Origin: Octopus bimaculoides
Taxonomy: Eukaryota
Direction of reading: 5' to 3'
Length of the DNA stretch: 64,000 bases
Assembly (NCBI RefSeq): GCF_001194135.2
Contig: NC_068987.1
Coordinates: 11,270,643 to 11,334,642, forward strand
The translations under genes and the position numbers were made by a program. A model generated the notes under the pieces. That model saw nothing but the letters and a program-made list of their open reading frames with translations. It was not told the origin of the DNA and did no database searches. Numbering within the stretch: position 1 is the first letter of the stretch; the number at the start of each line of letters is the position of its first letter. Of this stretch, positions 50,201 through 63,926 are shown piece after piece.

Positions 50201-51730
50201 TAGTGATGTCAGTTCAATTACCCGTTCTTCTCCTGCGCTCGTTGGTATTCTATTTAGTTAAAAGACGTTGGTAATAAATTATGTTCTTTTTCCTTATATA
50301 AGCATTGAATATAATTTTGCAGTCTTTTTTTTTTAAACTTTGCTCCATATTTTCATTTGCATGCAACACGTGTATAAGTATGTAGTCAAATGAACATAAA
50401 TACACCATGGATTTGCTTGAAAGTACGTATGCACATACATACATGTACACACGTACACACACGTCGTGTATTTTTGTATTCAAAAACGTAAGACTACTCA
50501 AATTATAGTATGTTGGAGATGGTTGTTTATCTTATTTCGTATCTGCTTTCTAACCGACCTTGATGCATGTATGCAGGTGCATAATGCATTCATTGATTGC
50601 ATCTATTTGAGAATATTATCATATTCAAAACTGAGCTCTTACAGTTGATAGAAATGTCATGTGTGTATGAATGCGGATGAATGAATGAATGATTTTGATA
50701 GATTTCTTAGTAATTTCGTTAAAGTATTAGAATTGAGAAAATAATTAGAAGACCATATCAATTAATCAATTAATGGAGCAAAGAACTCTTCCAAAAGAGT
50801 TCTTCATTCTTAGCTTATATCTATCATTTATTGATGTGTCCACTCTTGACCACAATACCAGATTTGTTTTGACTTTTTTTTTAAAGAATTTTATTTTAAT
50901 TTTTTGCAAAAGTTAAGATTTTACAGGTCTAAAATACTCATAAAATCTTAAGAATTATTACATTTGAATATCTCCTAATGCTTAACTTCTCAGGAATTAT
51001 GAGAGAGTCTTTGAGTTCTCCTTCATTGACCAACCCTTTCCTTCCCTCCTTATCCACAGTCTATATTCTCCCTTATAATCACCTTCTTGTACCTTAGGAG
51101 TATACTCTAGCACCATGTCACTGCCTTCTTTATCTCCCAGCTACTCTCACCCATTGTCACATAATGCAGAATAGTCATGTATCTTCTCTATAGCAAGACA
51201 TTTGTGTTTTTTCCTTGATTATACTTCAACATCTGGGAAGAGTTTTTCTTTTTCCTTGTTCTTTTCCACTCATGCAAGTTACTTGGTGACTCCACTACTG
51301 CTGGTGTCGTGAAAAAAAGCACCCAGTACACTCTGAAAAGTGGCTGGTTTTGAGAAAGGTATCCAGCTATAGAAACTATGCCGAAGCTTGACATTGGGGC
51401 CTGAGTCAGCTCTATGGCTCAACGGACCCAGTCAAACCATCCAGCCCATGTAGACATGGTAAACAAATGCTCAATGACGATGATAATAGTATTTCTATTT
51501 ATTTCAGGTGACAAATTTATGCTTTCACAAGGCGACCCCACCTTTTTTTTTTTAAATCCTTGGGAATATCAGTGCCTTAGAGACTAGATTAGGGTGCCAC
51601 AATACATTGATAGAACATATGACAACTGTTACAAATGGCAACAGAGAAGGAAGATCATTGTTGATACCAGTGAGATTTTTATTGTAAACTCTATGGCATG
51701 CAAACAAATGCTAATAGTCAAAATTTGAAT

Positions 51731-51771
<41 letters not shown>

Positions 51772-51966
51772 AAATATTACTGCTAATTAACACATTAAGC
51801 ACTTACGTGGGTTATCCAATAATAGATTAATCTTAGGCAATTAAAAGGCAAGAAACCAACACAATTAAAATGCCGTAAAGTGAAGGTTGGGTTTTTAAGT
51901 GAGAAGTCTGCTATAGCCATTGACATAGATATCTCCTGTTTGGAATTGCAAAGTTGGCTGTTTCAG

Positions 51967-51999
51967 GATCTCAAGAAATTAGAAGCCAGCTACTATGAC
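51967..51999 (+). CDS. candidate 33-nt microexon (DLKKLEASYYD)
   Basis: ggctgtttcAG|...TATGAC|GTATGC; the frame stays open upstream (EKSAIAIDIDISCLELQSWLFQ). Confidence 0.2.
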
Positions 52000-52928
52000 G
52001 TATGCAGCATTATATTTTAACTCTATACTAACAAATGGTAGAATCTGCGGTTGTTTTCTGTGTTGTGTTGAGCTATTTTAACCCTTATGATACCAACCTC
52101 TCTGAGACTGTCCCTGGTTCTGTGATACAAACTTCTTATTTCGAATTGATGTAAATTAGAACATGCTACTATAAGATTTCATGTTAACTTACGTTCCAGG
52201 CACTAGCTTAATAATAAAGATATTTTGCCAAATTCTTTCTTAATTTCAAAATTAATTGAAACAATGGTAGTACCTTTCACTAGAAATGTAGTAATCAAAG
52301 CGTTGATATACACAGCAAGTATTGAAGTTACCAAGAGCCATGATCTTGTAGTTGGTCATTCATTCACTTTTACAGGATGTGTGGTGTCCTAGTCAGACAT
52401 TGTAGGATATGTGTGAGAGGGTAGTTCTGGCTAGTTTGAACATGAAACAGAATATTTTGGCTCGATATGGTTGATTTAAATGCAGAAGGGTTAAATCATA
52501 GACTGCTAGCTTGTTGTTTCAGTCACTGAGCTTCAGCCATACTGGGGCACAACCTTGAAGGATTTTAGTCAAACACATTGTGCATGCCCTACCTACCACC
52601 ACCCCCTGCCAGTACTTGAGGCTGTTTTTTTTTAAAGTCTGGCACTTACTCTGTTGGTCTCTTTTGATGAACCACTAAGTTACAGGGATGTAAACAAAGC
52701 AACACCGGTCAACAAACACATGAGCACAGACACAAAGAAACCTGCACACACGCACAAAGAAGGAAAGGGTGGATAAAATGGCTTCTACAGTTTTCTCACT
52801 GGGCATATGTCAGCCCCAGGGCTGTAGTAGAAGACATTTGTCCAAGATGCTGTGCGGTGGACCTGATCCTAAAACCACACGGTTGGTTTTGAGTTCAGTT
52901 CTTAACCACACAGCCATGCCTGTACTTA

Positions 52929-53273
52929 TGCTTAACAACCACATGGTTCTGGGTTCAGTCCCACTGCATGGCACCTTGGGCAAGTGTATTCTACTATAGC
53001 CTCAAGCCGACCAAAGCCTTGTGAATGGATTTGGTAGACGGAAACTGAAAGAAGCCCGTCGTATGTATGTTTGTGTGTCTGTGTTTGTCCCCCTAGCGTT
53101 GCTTGACAACCGATGCTGGTGTGTTTATGTCCCCGTCACTTAGCGGTTTGGCAAAAGAGATCCGATAGAGTAAGTACTAGGCTTACAAAGAATAAGTCCC
53201 GGGGTCGATTTGCTCGACTAAAGGCAGTGCTCCAGCATGGCCGCCGTCAAATGACTGAAACAAGTAAAAGAGT
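52929..53273 (+). mobile_element. SINE family A copy
   Basis: A consensus, head partly truncated. Confidence 0.85.
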
Positions 53274-54339
53274 ACAGTATCGATTCTACTTCGCAGATTT
53301 TCACCTATTGTGGGGGACGGTTTAGAATGTAACACCCACAATAGTCAAGGGATTACTGTGAAATGAAAATCAAATAAATGGTGTGTGTGTGTGTTTAATT
53401 GCCATTCCCCAAGATGACCATTCCCCCAAGTATAAGAATATTTATATTTTGCCTTAGAAGGAAAAAATTGTTGACTGAGAGAGCATTGTGGCTACACATG
53501 ATCTTTTAAATATGTTTAAAATATGTATCTACCTGCTGCCTATTTACATATCTCTCACTCTATATATCCCTAGTGTAGTTATCAACACTTGGGTGTGTCT
53601 CTTTTTACTTATAGCTATGACTTGAGAACTCTATGGACTTGTGGGTGTTTTAGCTAGAGAGGGTCAGGTGTTTTCACTATTCTTTCTTTGTTAGAGAATC
53701 AGGGAGTTAGAAACACTCNNNNNNNNNNNNNNNNNNNNNNNNNNNNNNNNNNNNNNNNNNNNNNNNNNNNNNNNNNNNNNNNNNNNNNNNNNNNNNNNNN
53801 NNNNNNNNNNNNNNNNNNNNNNNNNNNNNNNNNNNNNNNNNNNNNNNNNNNNNNNNNNNNNNNNNNNNNNNNNNNNNNNNNNNNNNNNNNNNNNCAGTAC
53901 TGTTTTTTAAAGCCTGGTATTTGTTCTATTTGTCTCTTTTGTCAAACCATTTAGTTACGAGGACTAACACACCAACAGCAATTGTCAAGCAGTGGAGGTG
54001 GGGGTTTGAACACCAAGACACATACACGTAGGTAGATATATATATATATGACAGGCTTCTTTCAGTTTCCATCTGCCAAATCCACTCACAAGGTTTGGTC
54101 AACCTGGGGCTATAGGAAAAGACACTTACCCAAGGTACCATGCAGTGGGACTGAACCCAGAACCATGTGGTTGGGAAGCAAGCTACTTACCACACAACCA
54201 TGCTTGCACTTACAAGAATTATTTTTGAGAATTTTTTCCTTTCTTTCTTTGCACAAGTTTTTTTTACTTAACCCTTATAAATTCTTTACACTTTTTAAAA
54301 TCAATTGAAACATGTCCAAGGTTGAGCTGCTACTTTTCT

Positions 54340-54600
54340 GCTTTGAGGGTTAATCTCTGAACATATGAGTAGAATGTCACAGCAAAGAATTATGAAGATT
54401 CTTCAAGAGAAGCCAACTTGCTAGAGTCCCAGGGTTGGACCAAGGATGAGATGGGTAATATCCATAGTCTGAGTTGGTCACTTTTGGGAATCCAGACTGA
54501 AAATGTAATTACAGTGGCTCCTGATAGGACCCTATAGAGGAAATAGTACTTAAGGACTCTATCCCCGAGACCCTTCCAGGAATAGTGAGTAGAAAAAATG
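54340..54600 (+). mobile_element. RTE-clade LINE ORF C-terminal relic
   Basis: QRIMKILQEKPTC*SPRVGPRMRW, then after a frameshift IHSLSWSLLGIQTENVITVAPDRTL; resembles the RTE G.R.RGRPR.RW...DR..W tail. Confidence 0.55.
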
Positions 54601-54679
54601 GGTGTATGGAATTGTAACGTGGTGGGTGCATTTCATTCAAAATGTGATTAATAAAGGGTTAATAAATTGATATGTAAGA

Positions 54680-54915
54680 GGCACCCATGGGATGCACTTG
54701 TACAAGTAACATGCAAGAGGCACTCGTGCCAGTGACATGTAGTAAGCATCCAGTTTACTCTGTAAAGTGGATAGCATTAGGAAGGGCATCCAGATGTAGA
54801 AACCAAACCAAAACGGGCGCCTGGAGCCTGGTACAGCTCTCTCCGGCTTACCAGCTTGAGTCAGACTATCTAACCCATGCAAGCATGATGAAATGGACAT
54901 TAAATGATGATGATA
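54680..54915 (+). mobile_element. family D copy
   Basis: attaggaagggcatccagatgtagaaacc...ttaaatgatgatga. Confidence 0.75.
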
Positions 54916-55818
54916 AGCTAGGATTAACCATGAAGCATTTTTCATTTCTTTCTTTCTTTTTTTTTTTTATTTTAAAAATTGGGTACATTTTTAAAAATCA
55001 AATGTGAATTCAGAGAAGATACAGGTGTACACATGTTTTGCACATTTGTGTGCGTTCTGCATTATAAGATATGGTCTTTGTGGTTGATGAATTTCAAATC
55101 CTGCCAGAGTGAATTCTGGAAACGGTGCAATAAATAATAAGTAGCAGTAATTTCCTATTTCAATTGCCGAAAACAAGAAATCCTTTTACGAAAAGCGGAA
55201 ACAATGNNNNNNNNNNNNNNNNNNNNNNNNNNNNNNNNNNNNNNNNNNNNNNNNNNNNNNNNNNNNNNNNNNNNNNNNNNNNNNNNNNNNNNNNNNNNNN
55301 NNNNNNNNNNNNNNNNNNNNNNNNNNNNNNNNNNNNNNNNNNNNNNNNNNNNNNNNNNNNNNNNNNNNNNNNNNNNNNNNNNNNNNNNNNNNNNNNNNNN
55401 NNNNNNNNNNNNNNNNNNNNNNNNNNNNNNNNNNNNNNNNNNNNNNNNNNNNNNNNNNNNNNNNNNNNNNNNNNNNNNNNNNNNNNNNNNNNNNNNNNNN
55501 NNNNNNNNNNNNNNNNNNNNNNNNNNNNNNNNNNNNNNNNNNNNNNNNNNNNNNNNNNNNNNNNNNNNNNNNNNNNNNNNNNNNNNNNNNNNNNNNNNNN
55601 NNNNNNNNNNNNNNNNNNNNNNNNNNNNNNNNNNNNNNNNNNNNNNNNNNNNNNNNNNNNNNNNNNNNNNNNNNNNNNNNNNNNNNNNNNNNNNNNNNNN
55701 NNNNNNNNNNNNNNNNNNNNNNNNNNNNNNNNNNNNNNNNNNNNNNNNNNNNNNNNNNNNNNNNNNNNNNNNNNNNNNNNNNNNNNNNNNNNNNNNNNNN
55801 NNNNNNNNNNNNNNNNNN

Positions 55819-55855
<37 letters not shown>

Positions 55856-56233
55856 ATATGGATTATACACAATATATGTTGGGCTTCCACCCAGATGGCA
55901 TTGGTCAGCCTGAGGGGTTATAGTAGAAGAGTCTTTGCCCAACATGCTGCACAATAGAACTGAGCCTGAAACCACACAGCCATTGGCTATTTAGTATTGT
56001 TTCAGACTATTCCATTTCATCCTGACCCTATCCAACTTTTTAAAATAACCTAATTTATTCACACAAACCAGTTCATTTCAAAGTATGTACTTTCTCCTCT
56101 CTCTCTCTCTTATCAACACTTTAGTTATTTGCTTCAATCAGGTTTTGATGATGATAATGCCATAAAATTTCCAGCTTGTTCCACTTACCTTCCTCTCTCT
56201 CTTTTGACCAGTGTTCATCTGTTACAGGCGTTC

Positions 56234-56308
<75 letters not shown>

Positions 56309-56407
56309 GCACACACACATTCCAATCATCTACATTTAACTGCCTTATGTCTCACTCCTGTGCACTTTTAACATTTCTCCTCGCTCATGTATCAGAAACA
56401 AAGTTTT

Positions 56408-56453
<46 letters not shown>

Positions 56454-56788
56454 GCACACTCTTACTCACACACACAGACAAACACACATACATGTACTTA
56501 AATATTTACCTCCCCTTTGTTGTTGTTGTATCAGCATAGTTGTAGAATTATAAAGGTTCCTCCCAGCAGCCTCAAATTGTACTGTGTGTATTGTGTTATC
56601 TTCATCCTCAGCTTTACATCCAGATCTCTCTCCCCTCCCGTGCTCTCTCTCTCTCTTTACTTATGATGGAAATGTTCATTTCTCCGGCAAATTGCTGTAT
56701 ACCTCTTTGTGTTATTATGGATTGTATTAAAAAAAAAAAACAAAAAAAAACAATGTAAAATATCTAGAAATTCAAAGACATGCAAACA

Positions 56789-56868
<80 letters not shown>

Positions 56869-56945
56869 ATGCTTGTCTATCTATCTGTGCCTATCTATTG
56901 ATTAATCTGACTCTTGTCTGTCTATTTCACTCTCAATACATACAT

Positions 56946-57342
56946 AGGCACAGGAGTGGCTGTGTGATAAGTAGCTTGCTTACCAACCACATGGTTCCGG
57001 GTTCAGTCCCACTGCGTGGCACCTTGGGCAAGTGTCTTCTACTATAGTTTTGGGCCAACCAAAGCCTTGTGAGTGGATTTGGTAGACGGAAGCTGAAAGA
57101 AGCCCGTCATGTATATATATATATGTGTGTGTTTGTGTGTCTGTGTTTGTTCCCCCAACATCGCTTGACAACTGATGCTGGTGTGTTTATGTCCCTGTAA
57201 CTTAGCGATTCGGCAAAAAAGACCGATAAAATAAGTACTAGGCTTACAAAGAATAAGTCCTGGGGTCGATTTTCTCGACTAAAAGCAGTACTCCAGCATG
57301 GTCACAGTCAAATGACTGAAACAAGTAAAAGAGTAAAAGAGA
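56946..57342 (+). mobile_element. SINE family A, full length
   Basis: aggcacaggagtggctgtgtg...aagtaaaagagtaaaagag. Confidence 0.9.
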
Positions 57343-57591
57343 GTATATAGGTGAGAGTGTGGTTCTGTGGTAAGAAGTTTGTTTCTCAATCACATGGTTC
57401 CATGTTCTGTCCCACTGCGTGACACCTTGGACAAGTGTTTCCTACAGTAACCCCAGGCTGATGAAGGCCTTGTGAGTGAATTTCCCTGTAAATTTAGCTG
57501 TTCAAGGAATTGGGTCAATTCATTCAAATAAAACCCTTCAAGGCTTGGCTGCAGTCCAATGGGGTAACAGACACAAAGACACACACGCATA

Positions 57592-57628
<37 letters not shown>

Positions 57629-57877
57629 CAGGCTTCTTTCAGTTTCCACCTACCAAATCCACTTACAAGGCTTTGGTTGGACCGAGGCTATAGTAGACAC
57701 TTGGCCATGTGGTTTGGAAAACAAGCTTCTAACCACACATCCACACCTGCAATATCATCATCATTTAACATCCATCTTCCATGCTGGCATGAGTTGGATG
57801 GTTTGGAGGAGGTGATCTTGTGTCAGATGATAAAAGATTAGTGTGACAGAAGCAGAAACAAATGTCTTGCTTTAGAG

Positions 57878-58106
57878 CAGTGTTTCTCATCCTGTTTACC
57901 CTTGCGTAACCCTTAAAATAAATTACATGTCTCAATGAACCCCTGCACAAAAGAAATTATGTACCATATCTTTCTCATTTTTTTCATCATATTTCATTCT
58001 ATATTACGATCATGAAATTAGCATTAGCTTATCTCTCTTTTGTGGAACCCCTAGGAACCTTTTGTGGAATCCTAGGGTTCCAGGGAACCCCAGCTGAGAA
58101 CCACTG
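57878..58106. mobile_element. hAT-type MITE, 229 bp, perfect 8-bp TSD
   Basis: ctttagag-CAGTGTTTCTCA...TGAGAACCACTG-ctttagag. Confidence 0.9.
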
Positions 58107-58416
58107 CTTTAGAGGATATATATGTATGGTTGGCATCCAGTTGTAGAAACTCTGCCAGATCAGATTGGAGCCTGGTGCAGCCTTCTGACTTGCCAGTCCT
58201 CAGTCAAATCGTCCAACCCATGCTAGCATGGAAATGATGATGATGATGATTATATATATATATATATATATATATATGGAGCAAATAATTCAGCAGAAAA
58301 TGTTTGCGAAAATATCATTGACTCTATTATTATCTAGTGTAATAATTTAAAAATGATAATAACAAAGTCAATGATATAAGCAATTGCAGGCCTAAGAAAA
58401 AAAAGGCATTAAATAC

Positions 58417-58481
58417 CTGAAGGATTAAAATTACTCAAAGGGCATACTCAGTATATCCTTTGATTAATTTTAATCCTTCAG
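58417..58481. repeat. 65-bp palindrome next to (TA)n
   Basis: ctgaaggattaaaatt (16-bp perfect) plus an inner near-perfect arm up to the centre. Confidence 0.9.
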
Positions 58482-58526
<45 letters not shown>

Positions 58527-59014
58527 TATATATATAATATAAAATCCAGGAGGCTCTATACTTCCTGTACAAGTGGAAGTTCCTTCCTAAAACTAACAAC
58601 TCAGCCATTTCTATATTGTTGACTTGTTAGTATTAGGATTTATCATCTAGTTATTATAACACCTGTTCTGTTAATTTAATTAACTGTAATAGATTAATGT
58701 TTAAAGGTTTAAAGCAAAAACAAAAAAAAAAGCAAATAAGAAAAAATAGTGTGTCATAAATTTACATTCCAAGAGTAATGGTAACCTAACGAAGCCTAGA
58801 TTAATTAATAAAGTGTTATGGTAAACAAACTTTGGTTTTCATTAAATTTAATGTTTTGGTTTATGAATTTCATTTTAGATTTAAGTGAAAAGTTCGGAAA
58901 TTTTATGTGTTTGCATTGGATATTATTTTCTGGATTCATTCGTATATGGAAATAACAACATCGGAAACACAGAAAGTATATTGAGGGGGAAAATGGGTAA
59001 AGGGATCTGTAATG

Positions 59015-59054
<40 letters not shown>

Positions 59055-59279
59055 CATTCATTAGATAAGTGGCCATGCTGGTGTTTACCTTGAAGGGTTT
59101 TAGCTGAACAAACCAGCCCCAGTACTTCCTTTTTTTATTTTCAAGTTTGATACTTACTCTGTCACACTCTTTTTGCCAAACTGCTAAATCGTGGTGACAT
59201 AAACAAACCAACATTAGTCCAGCTGTAGAGGGGAACAAACACAAATACACACATGCACAGCCACACATACACACCTATA

Positions 59280-59485
59280 CATATATACAATAGGCTTACA
59301 CGCACATATGTATATACAATACGCTAACGCACACGTATATACAATAGGCTTGTTCATACACACATGTATATACAATAGGCTTATACATACACATACACAT
59401 GAATATATGATAGGCTTATACATACACATATATATACAATAGGCTTATACACACATATATATGCATGTATATATACAATAGACTT
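59280..59485. repeat. tandem repeat, about 7 units of tatatacaataggctt..acac, inside a SINE A relic
   Basis: Directly visible repeated unit of about 25-35 bp. Confidence 0.8.
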
Positions 59486-59755
59486 CCACACAGTTTCCAT
59501 CGCAAGGCGTTGGCCAGCTGTTATGACATCAGATGATGGTTGTAGATGAGCATCATCATCATCATCAGACAATCAAAGTTGTTTGTTTCCAGGCTTCCAA
59601 GAAAAACAAATCGGGGCATTGGGGAAATTTTACCTTAACATTGGAACAGGAAAGGGCTGGCAACAGGATGAGTTATCAAGCTGTAGAAAATCTACCTCAA
59701 TAAATTCCATCAGACCCTCGCAAACATGAAAAAAAAGGGGACATTAAATGATGAT

Positions 59756-59986
59756 ACTCTCTTTACTCTTTTACTTGTTTCAGTCATTTGACTGCGGCCA
59801 TGCTGGAGCACCACCTTTAGTCGAGAAAATCGACTCCAGGACTTATTCTTTGTAAGCCTAGTACTTATTCTATCGGTCTCTTTTTGCCGAACCGCTAAGT
59901 TACGGGGACGTAAACACACCAGCATCGGTTGTCAAGCGATGGTGGGGGGACAAACACAGACACACAAACATATACACACGCATACT

Positions 59987-60018
<32 letters not shown>

Positions 60019-60184
60019 TACGACGGGCTTCTTTCAGTTTCCGTCTACCAAATCCACTCACAAGGCTTTGGTCGGCCCGAGGCTATAGTAGAAGGCACTT
60101 GCCCAAGGTACCACGCAGTGGGACTGAACCCGGAACCATGTGGTTGGTAAGCAAGCTACTTACCACACAGCCACTCCTGCGCCT
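59756..60184 (-). mobile_element. SINE family A, full length, young
   Basis: Closely matches 13024-13437 and retains CpGs. Confidence 0.9.
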
Positions 60185-60679
60185 ATGATGGTGATACATT
60201 TTTTTTTCTTTTTTTAATATTACTTACTTTTTAATTATTTACATAAAAAGAAATTTTTTCTCTCTCTCTCTCTTTAGTGGCTTCATACAGTTTTAAAATG
60301 TTTTCTGCATTACCAATCGGTTTGCGGATTTGAATGTTTGTTATGAATTGAGTGTTGATGCAACAGGTGCAACTAACTATTTATAAAGCAAATTGGCATG
60401 AAGCAACTTATAATGCCCAACTTTCAATGTGTCGAGGGCACAATAACCTAACAATCAGTAGCACAACAACATTGTGACTGCCTTAATATCAAGCATTGCA
60501 GCTCTGATAAAATCCGACCGAGAGTAGATTCCGTCTTGCTTTTAATTCACTTCAAATAAACTCAGTTAAAATTTCTATTTAATTAAAAATAGCTAGTGTC
60601 TATGTTTATATTTCAAAGAAATCGATATAATTATATATGCCATTAAATTTATACAAAGATGCATTCCATTCCTTATAAA

Positions 60680-61055
60680 GTGTAGGTATGACTGTGGTTG
60701 AGAAGCTTCTTTTGCAACCATATGGTTCCGGGTTCAGTTCCACTGTGTGGCACCTTGGGTAAATGGTAAATGTCTTCTGCTATAGCCTTGTGCTAGCTTA
60801 AAGTCTTGTGAGTGGATTTGGTTGATGGAAACTGAAAGAAGCCCTTCATGTGAGTGTGTGCCTTTGTTTCCCACTTGAAAACTAGTGTTGATGTGTTTAC
60901 ATCCCCATAACTTAGTGGTTTGGCAAAAGGGACCAATAGAATAAGTACTAGGCTTCTGAAAAAAACAGTGCTAGGGTCAATTTATTCGAATACACATTCT
61001 TCAAGGTAGTGCCCCAGCATGGCCAGAGTCTAATGACTAAAACAAGTAAAAGATT
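60680..61055 (+). mobile_element. SINE family A, old copy
   Basis: Diverged A consensus. Confidence 0.75.
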
Positions 61056-61469
61056 AAACTAACCCCAGACCGACCAAAGCCCTGTGAGTGGATTCAGATA
61101 CACACGCACACACACACACACATATATACATACATATATACATACATATATACACATATTAGTCTGTTAGTAGTATTTTAGTGTAAATTTAAGACTTTTT
61201 TAATGACTTTGGCTAATTCTTTGAATGACCATGCCAACCCTTGTGGGTAGCAGATTATCTATCTACCATTACCCATACCATTTTGATGTTGGTTAATATC
61301 GGTGTGTTGATAATTAAAAGTTCATATCATTGCTGGTATGTTAGACTGTCATATGTCCAAATTTGGGCAAATAGGTTTTTTTTTTATTTTTTTTTTATTT
61401 TACAATATTTAATTTTGCTTGCAGTTAGCTACTTCCTTTGATCAAATGTGCATCTCTCTCTCTCTCTCT

Positions 61470-61640
61470 CTCTTGCACTCTCCCCCACCCACTCTCCTGC
61501 TTTCTCCCTCATCCCCTCCTCTCCTCCACCCACACTCTTGCTTTCTTCCTCATCCCCCTCTCTCCTCCACCCACTCTCTTGCTTTCTCCTTCATCCCCCC
61601 TTTCCCACACCCCTCTCTCTTTCTCTTTCTCCCTCACCCC
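61470..61640. repeat. pyrimidine-rich minisatellite, about 40-bp unit, 3-4 copies
   Basis: ctcatccccctc.ctcctccaccca..ctcttgctttct repeated. Confidence 0.7.
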
Positions 61641-62299
61641 TCTCATCCAAACTAATGCTGCACAGTGGGACTGAACCAAAAACCAGAATGGTTCCGCCCC
61701 AAACTGCTCAAAACCAAACATGCAGCCATATTTGTGCCTTGAATTATTATTGCACGTCCCCCATATTTCTGAGATGACCATTTTCGCTGCAACAGCAGGT
61801 ACTTTACAACTCATAAACCTCTTCCTGTATGGAGAGTGTTCGCTTTAAATTTCATTGCTCTTCTTTCCTGTGCAGATTAATTCATTTTTCATGTGCGCAC
61901 ACATGCAGTTCGTGTGCATGTGTGCCTGCCTGCCTGCATGCATGCATGTATGCAGGCGAAGGGCGTGGAGCAAATTAAATGTCATTACTAAAAGTGTAGC
62001 ACAACAAATGAGCATGACCGTGTTAAAGGTAATGATTAGCAATGTAGGACCAAGGCAGTGAATTTGAGGTGGGGAACAATCACTTAAAATCGACACCAGT
62101 ACTTGACTAAACAATGATGAGGAGGAGAAGGGCTTCTCACGTTACTATCAGGCCAGAGATTTGTAAAAGTGCACTCTGTTGAATTAACATCAATTTATTC
62201 CTCATATTTAATTCATCAACGCTAGAAGGATGAAAATGGACAGGAGTGTCATTCTTAGTGGATTTTGAACAGTGAATAACAACAACAACAATAATAATA

Positions 62300-62779
62300 A
62301 TAATAATGGTTTTAAATTTTGGCACAAGGCCAGCAATTTCTGAGGGGGTAAGTCGGTTACATTGACCCCCAGGGCTCAATTGATACTTATTTTATTGAAC
62401 CCCCGAAAGGATGAAAGGCAAAGTCAACCCCAATGGAATTTGAACTTGGAATGTAAAACTGGATGAAATACCGTTAGGCATTTTTGCTCTGCGTGCTAAA
62501 AATTCTGCTAGCTCACTGTCATCTTAATGATGATGATGATGATAATAATAATGGAATGAAAAGCTGGCAGAATCATTAATGTCAGTAAAAAGTGTTTTGC
62601 AGCATGTCTGATGACTCGTCACATGGAGTTCAGATCCTGCCAAGGTCAGCTTTGCCTTTCATGCTTTTGGCACCAATAAAATAAAGTACCAACCTCAAGT
62701 GATGTGCGGTCAATGTTCTCAGCTTTCCCTCCCATAAAATTGCTGGCCTTGTGTCAAAATTTGAAACTACTACTACTAC

Positions 62780-62833
<54 letters not shown>

Positions 62834-63607
62834 GACAGTGAGCTGGCAGAATCGTCAGCATGCTAGAAAAAATGCCTAGCAGTATTTCGCCAGTCACTGC
62901 ATTCTGTGTTCAAATTCTGCCACGGTAGACTTTGCCTTTCATTCAGTTTCTTTGTACCAAATCTACTCATGAGGCTATTGGTTGGCCTGAGGTTATATTA
63001 GTAGAAGTCATTTACTCTGGGTGCCATGCAATGGGGCTGAACCCGGAGCCATGTGGTTGGGAAGCAAACTTCTTACCACACAGCCACACCTGCTCCTACA
63101 TTCCTTTATGCACTGAGTTCAAACCCTGCCCAAGGATTTGACTATACCTCTTCCTCCATAATTTGTAGTCTTAGAAGTTATTATTAGTATTAATAATGTA
63201 AGGTGGTAGAATCATTAGCATGCCTGACAAAATGCTTTTGACTCTTTACATTCTGAGTTCAAATCCCATCCAGATCAACTATACCTTTCATCCTTTCCTA
63301 GTTATAAAATAAAGTATCTGTCATGTACTGGGGTCAGTGTAATCTACTATCTAACCTCCTCACTGGCCTTGTGCCAAATTTAGAAAGAAATAATTATTAG
63401 GACGGTCAGCTGGCAGAATCATTAGCACATCAGACAACATTGTTGGCACTATCTCTTCCGGCTCTTTATGTTATGAGATCAAACCCTACCGAGGTCAGCT
63501 TTTAGGATCGATAAAATAAGCACTAGTTGAGCACTGGGGTTGATGTATGATCAATTGACTTAACTCCTCCCACTAAATTTGCTGGCATTGTGCCAACACT
63601 TTGAAAC

Positions 63608-63620
<13 letters not shown>
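62300..63620. mobile_element. cluster of about five SINE B copies in both orientations among (ATT)n/(GAT)n tracts
   Basis: Minus copy at about 62300-62520; plus copies at about 62555, 62830, 63200 and 63400. Confidence 0.75.
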
Positions 63621-63644
<24 letters not shown>

Positions 63645-63890
63645 TATAATAACCTTTCTTAGTTGTACTTTCCTGGCTCAGCTCAATTATACTTCCCGAA
63701 TTTATGATACAAATTATAGACTATCATTGATGTTACGTATAACATCATCTGAGTAGTTCATAGCCAAAAAGATATGGCTGTCTGCCAAGAGTACTACTGT
63801 TCAACTAAATTAAATTGTAAGCGGAGGGGGCACTTTTTAAAAGCCATTTTCTTTGCTTGATCACTCCTGCCGTCATCACCTTCAAGCTCT

Positions 63891-63926
<36 letters not shown>

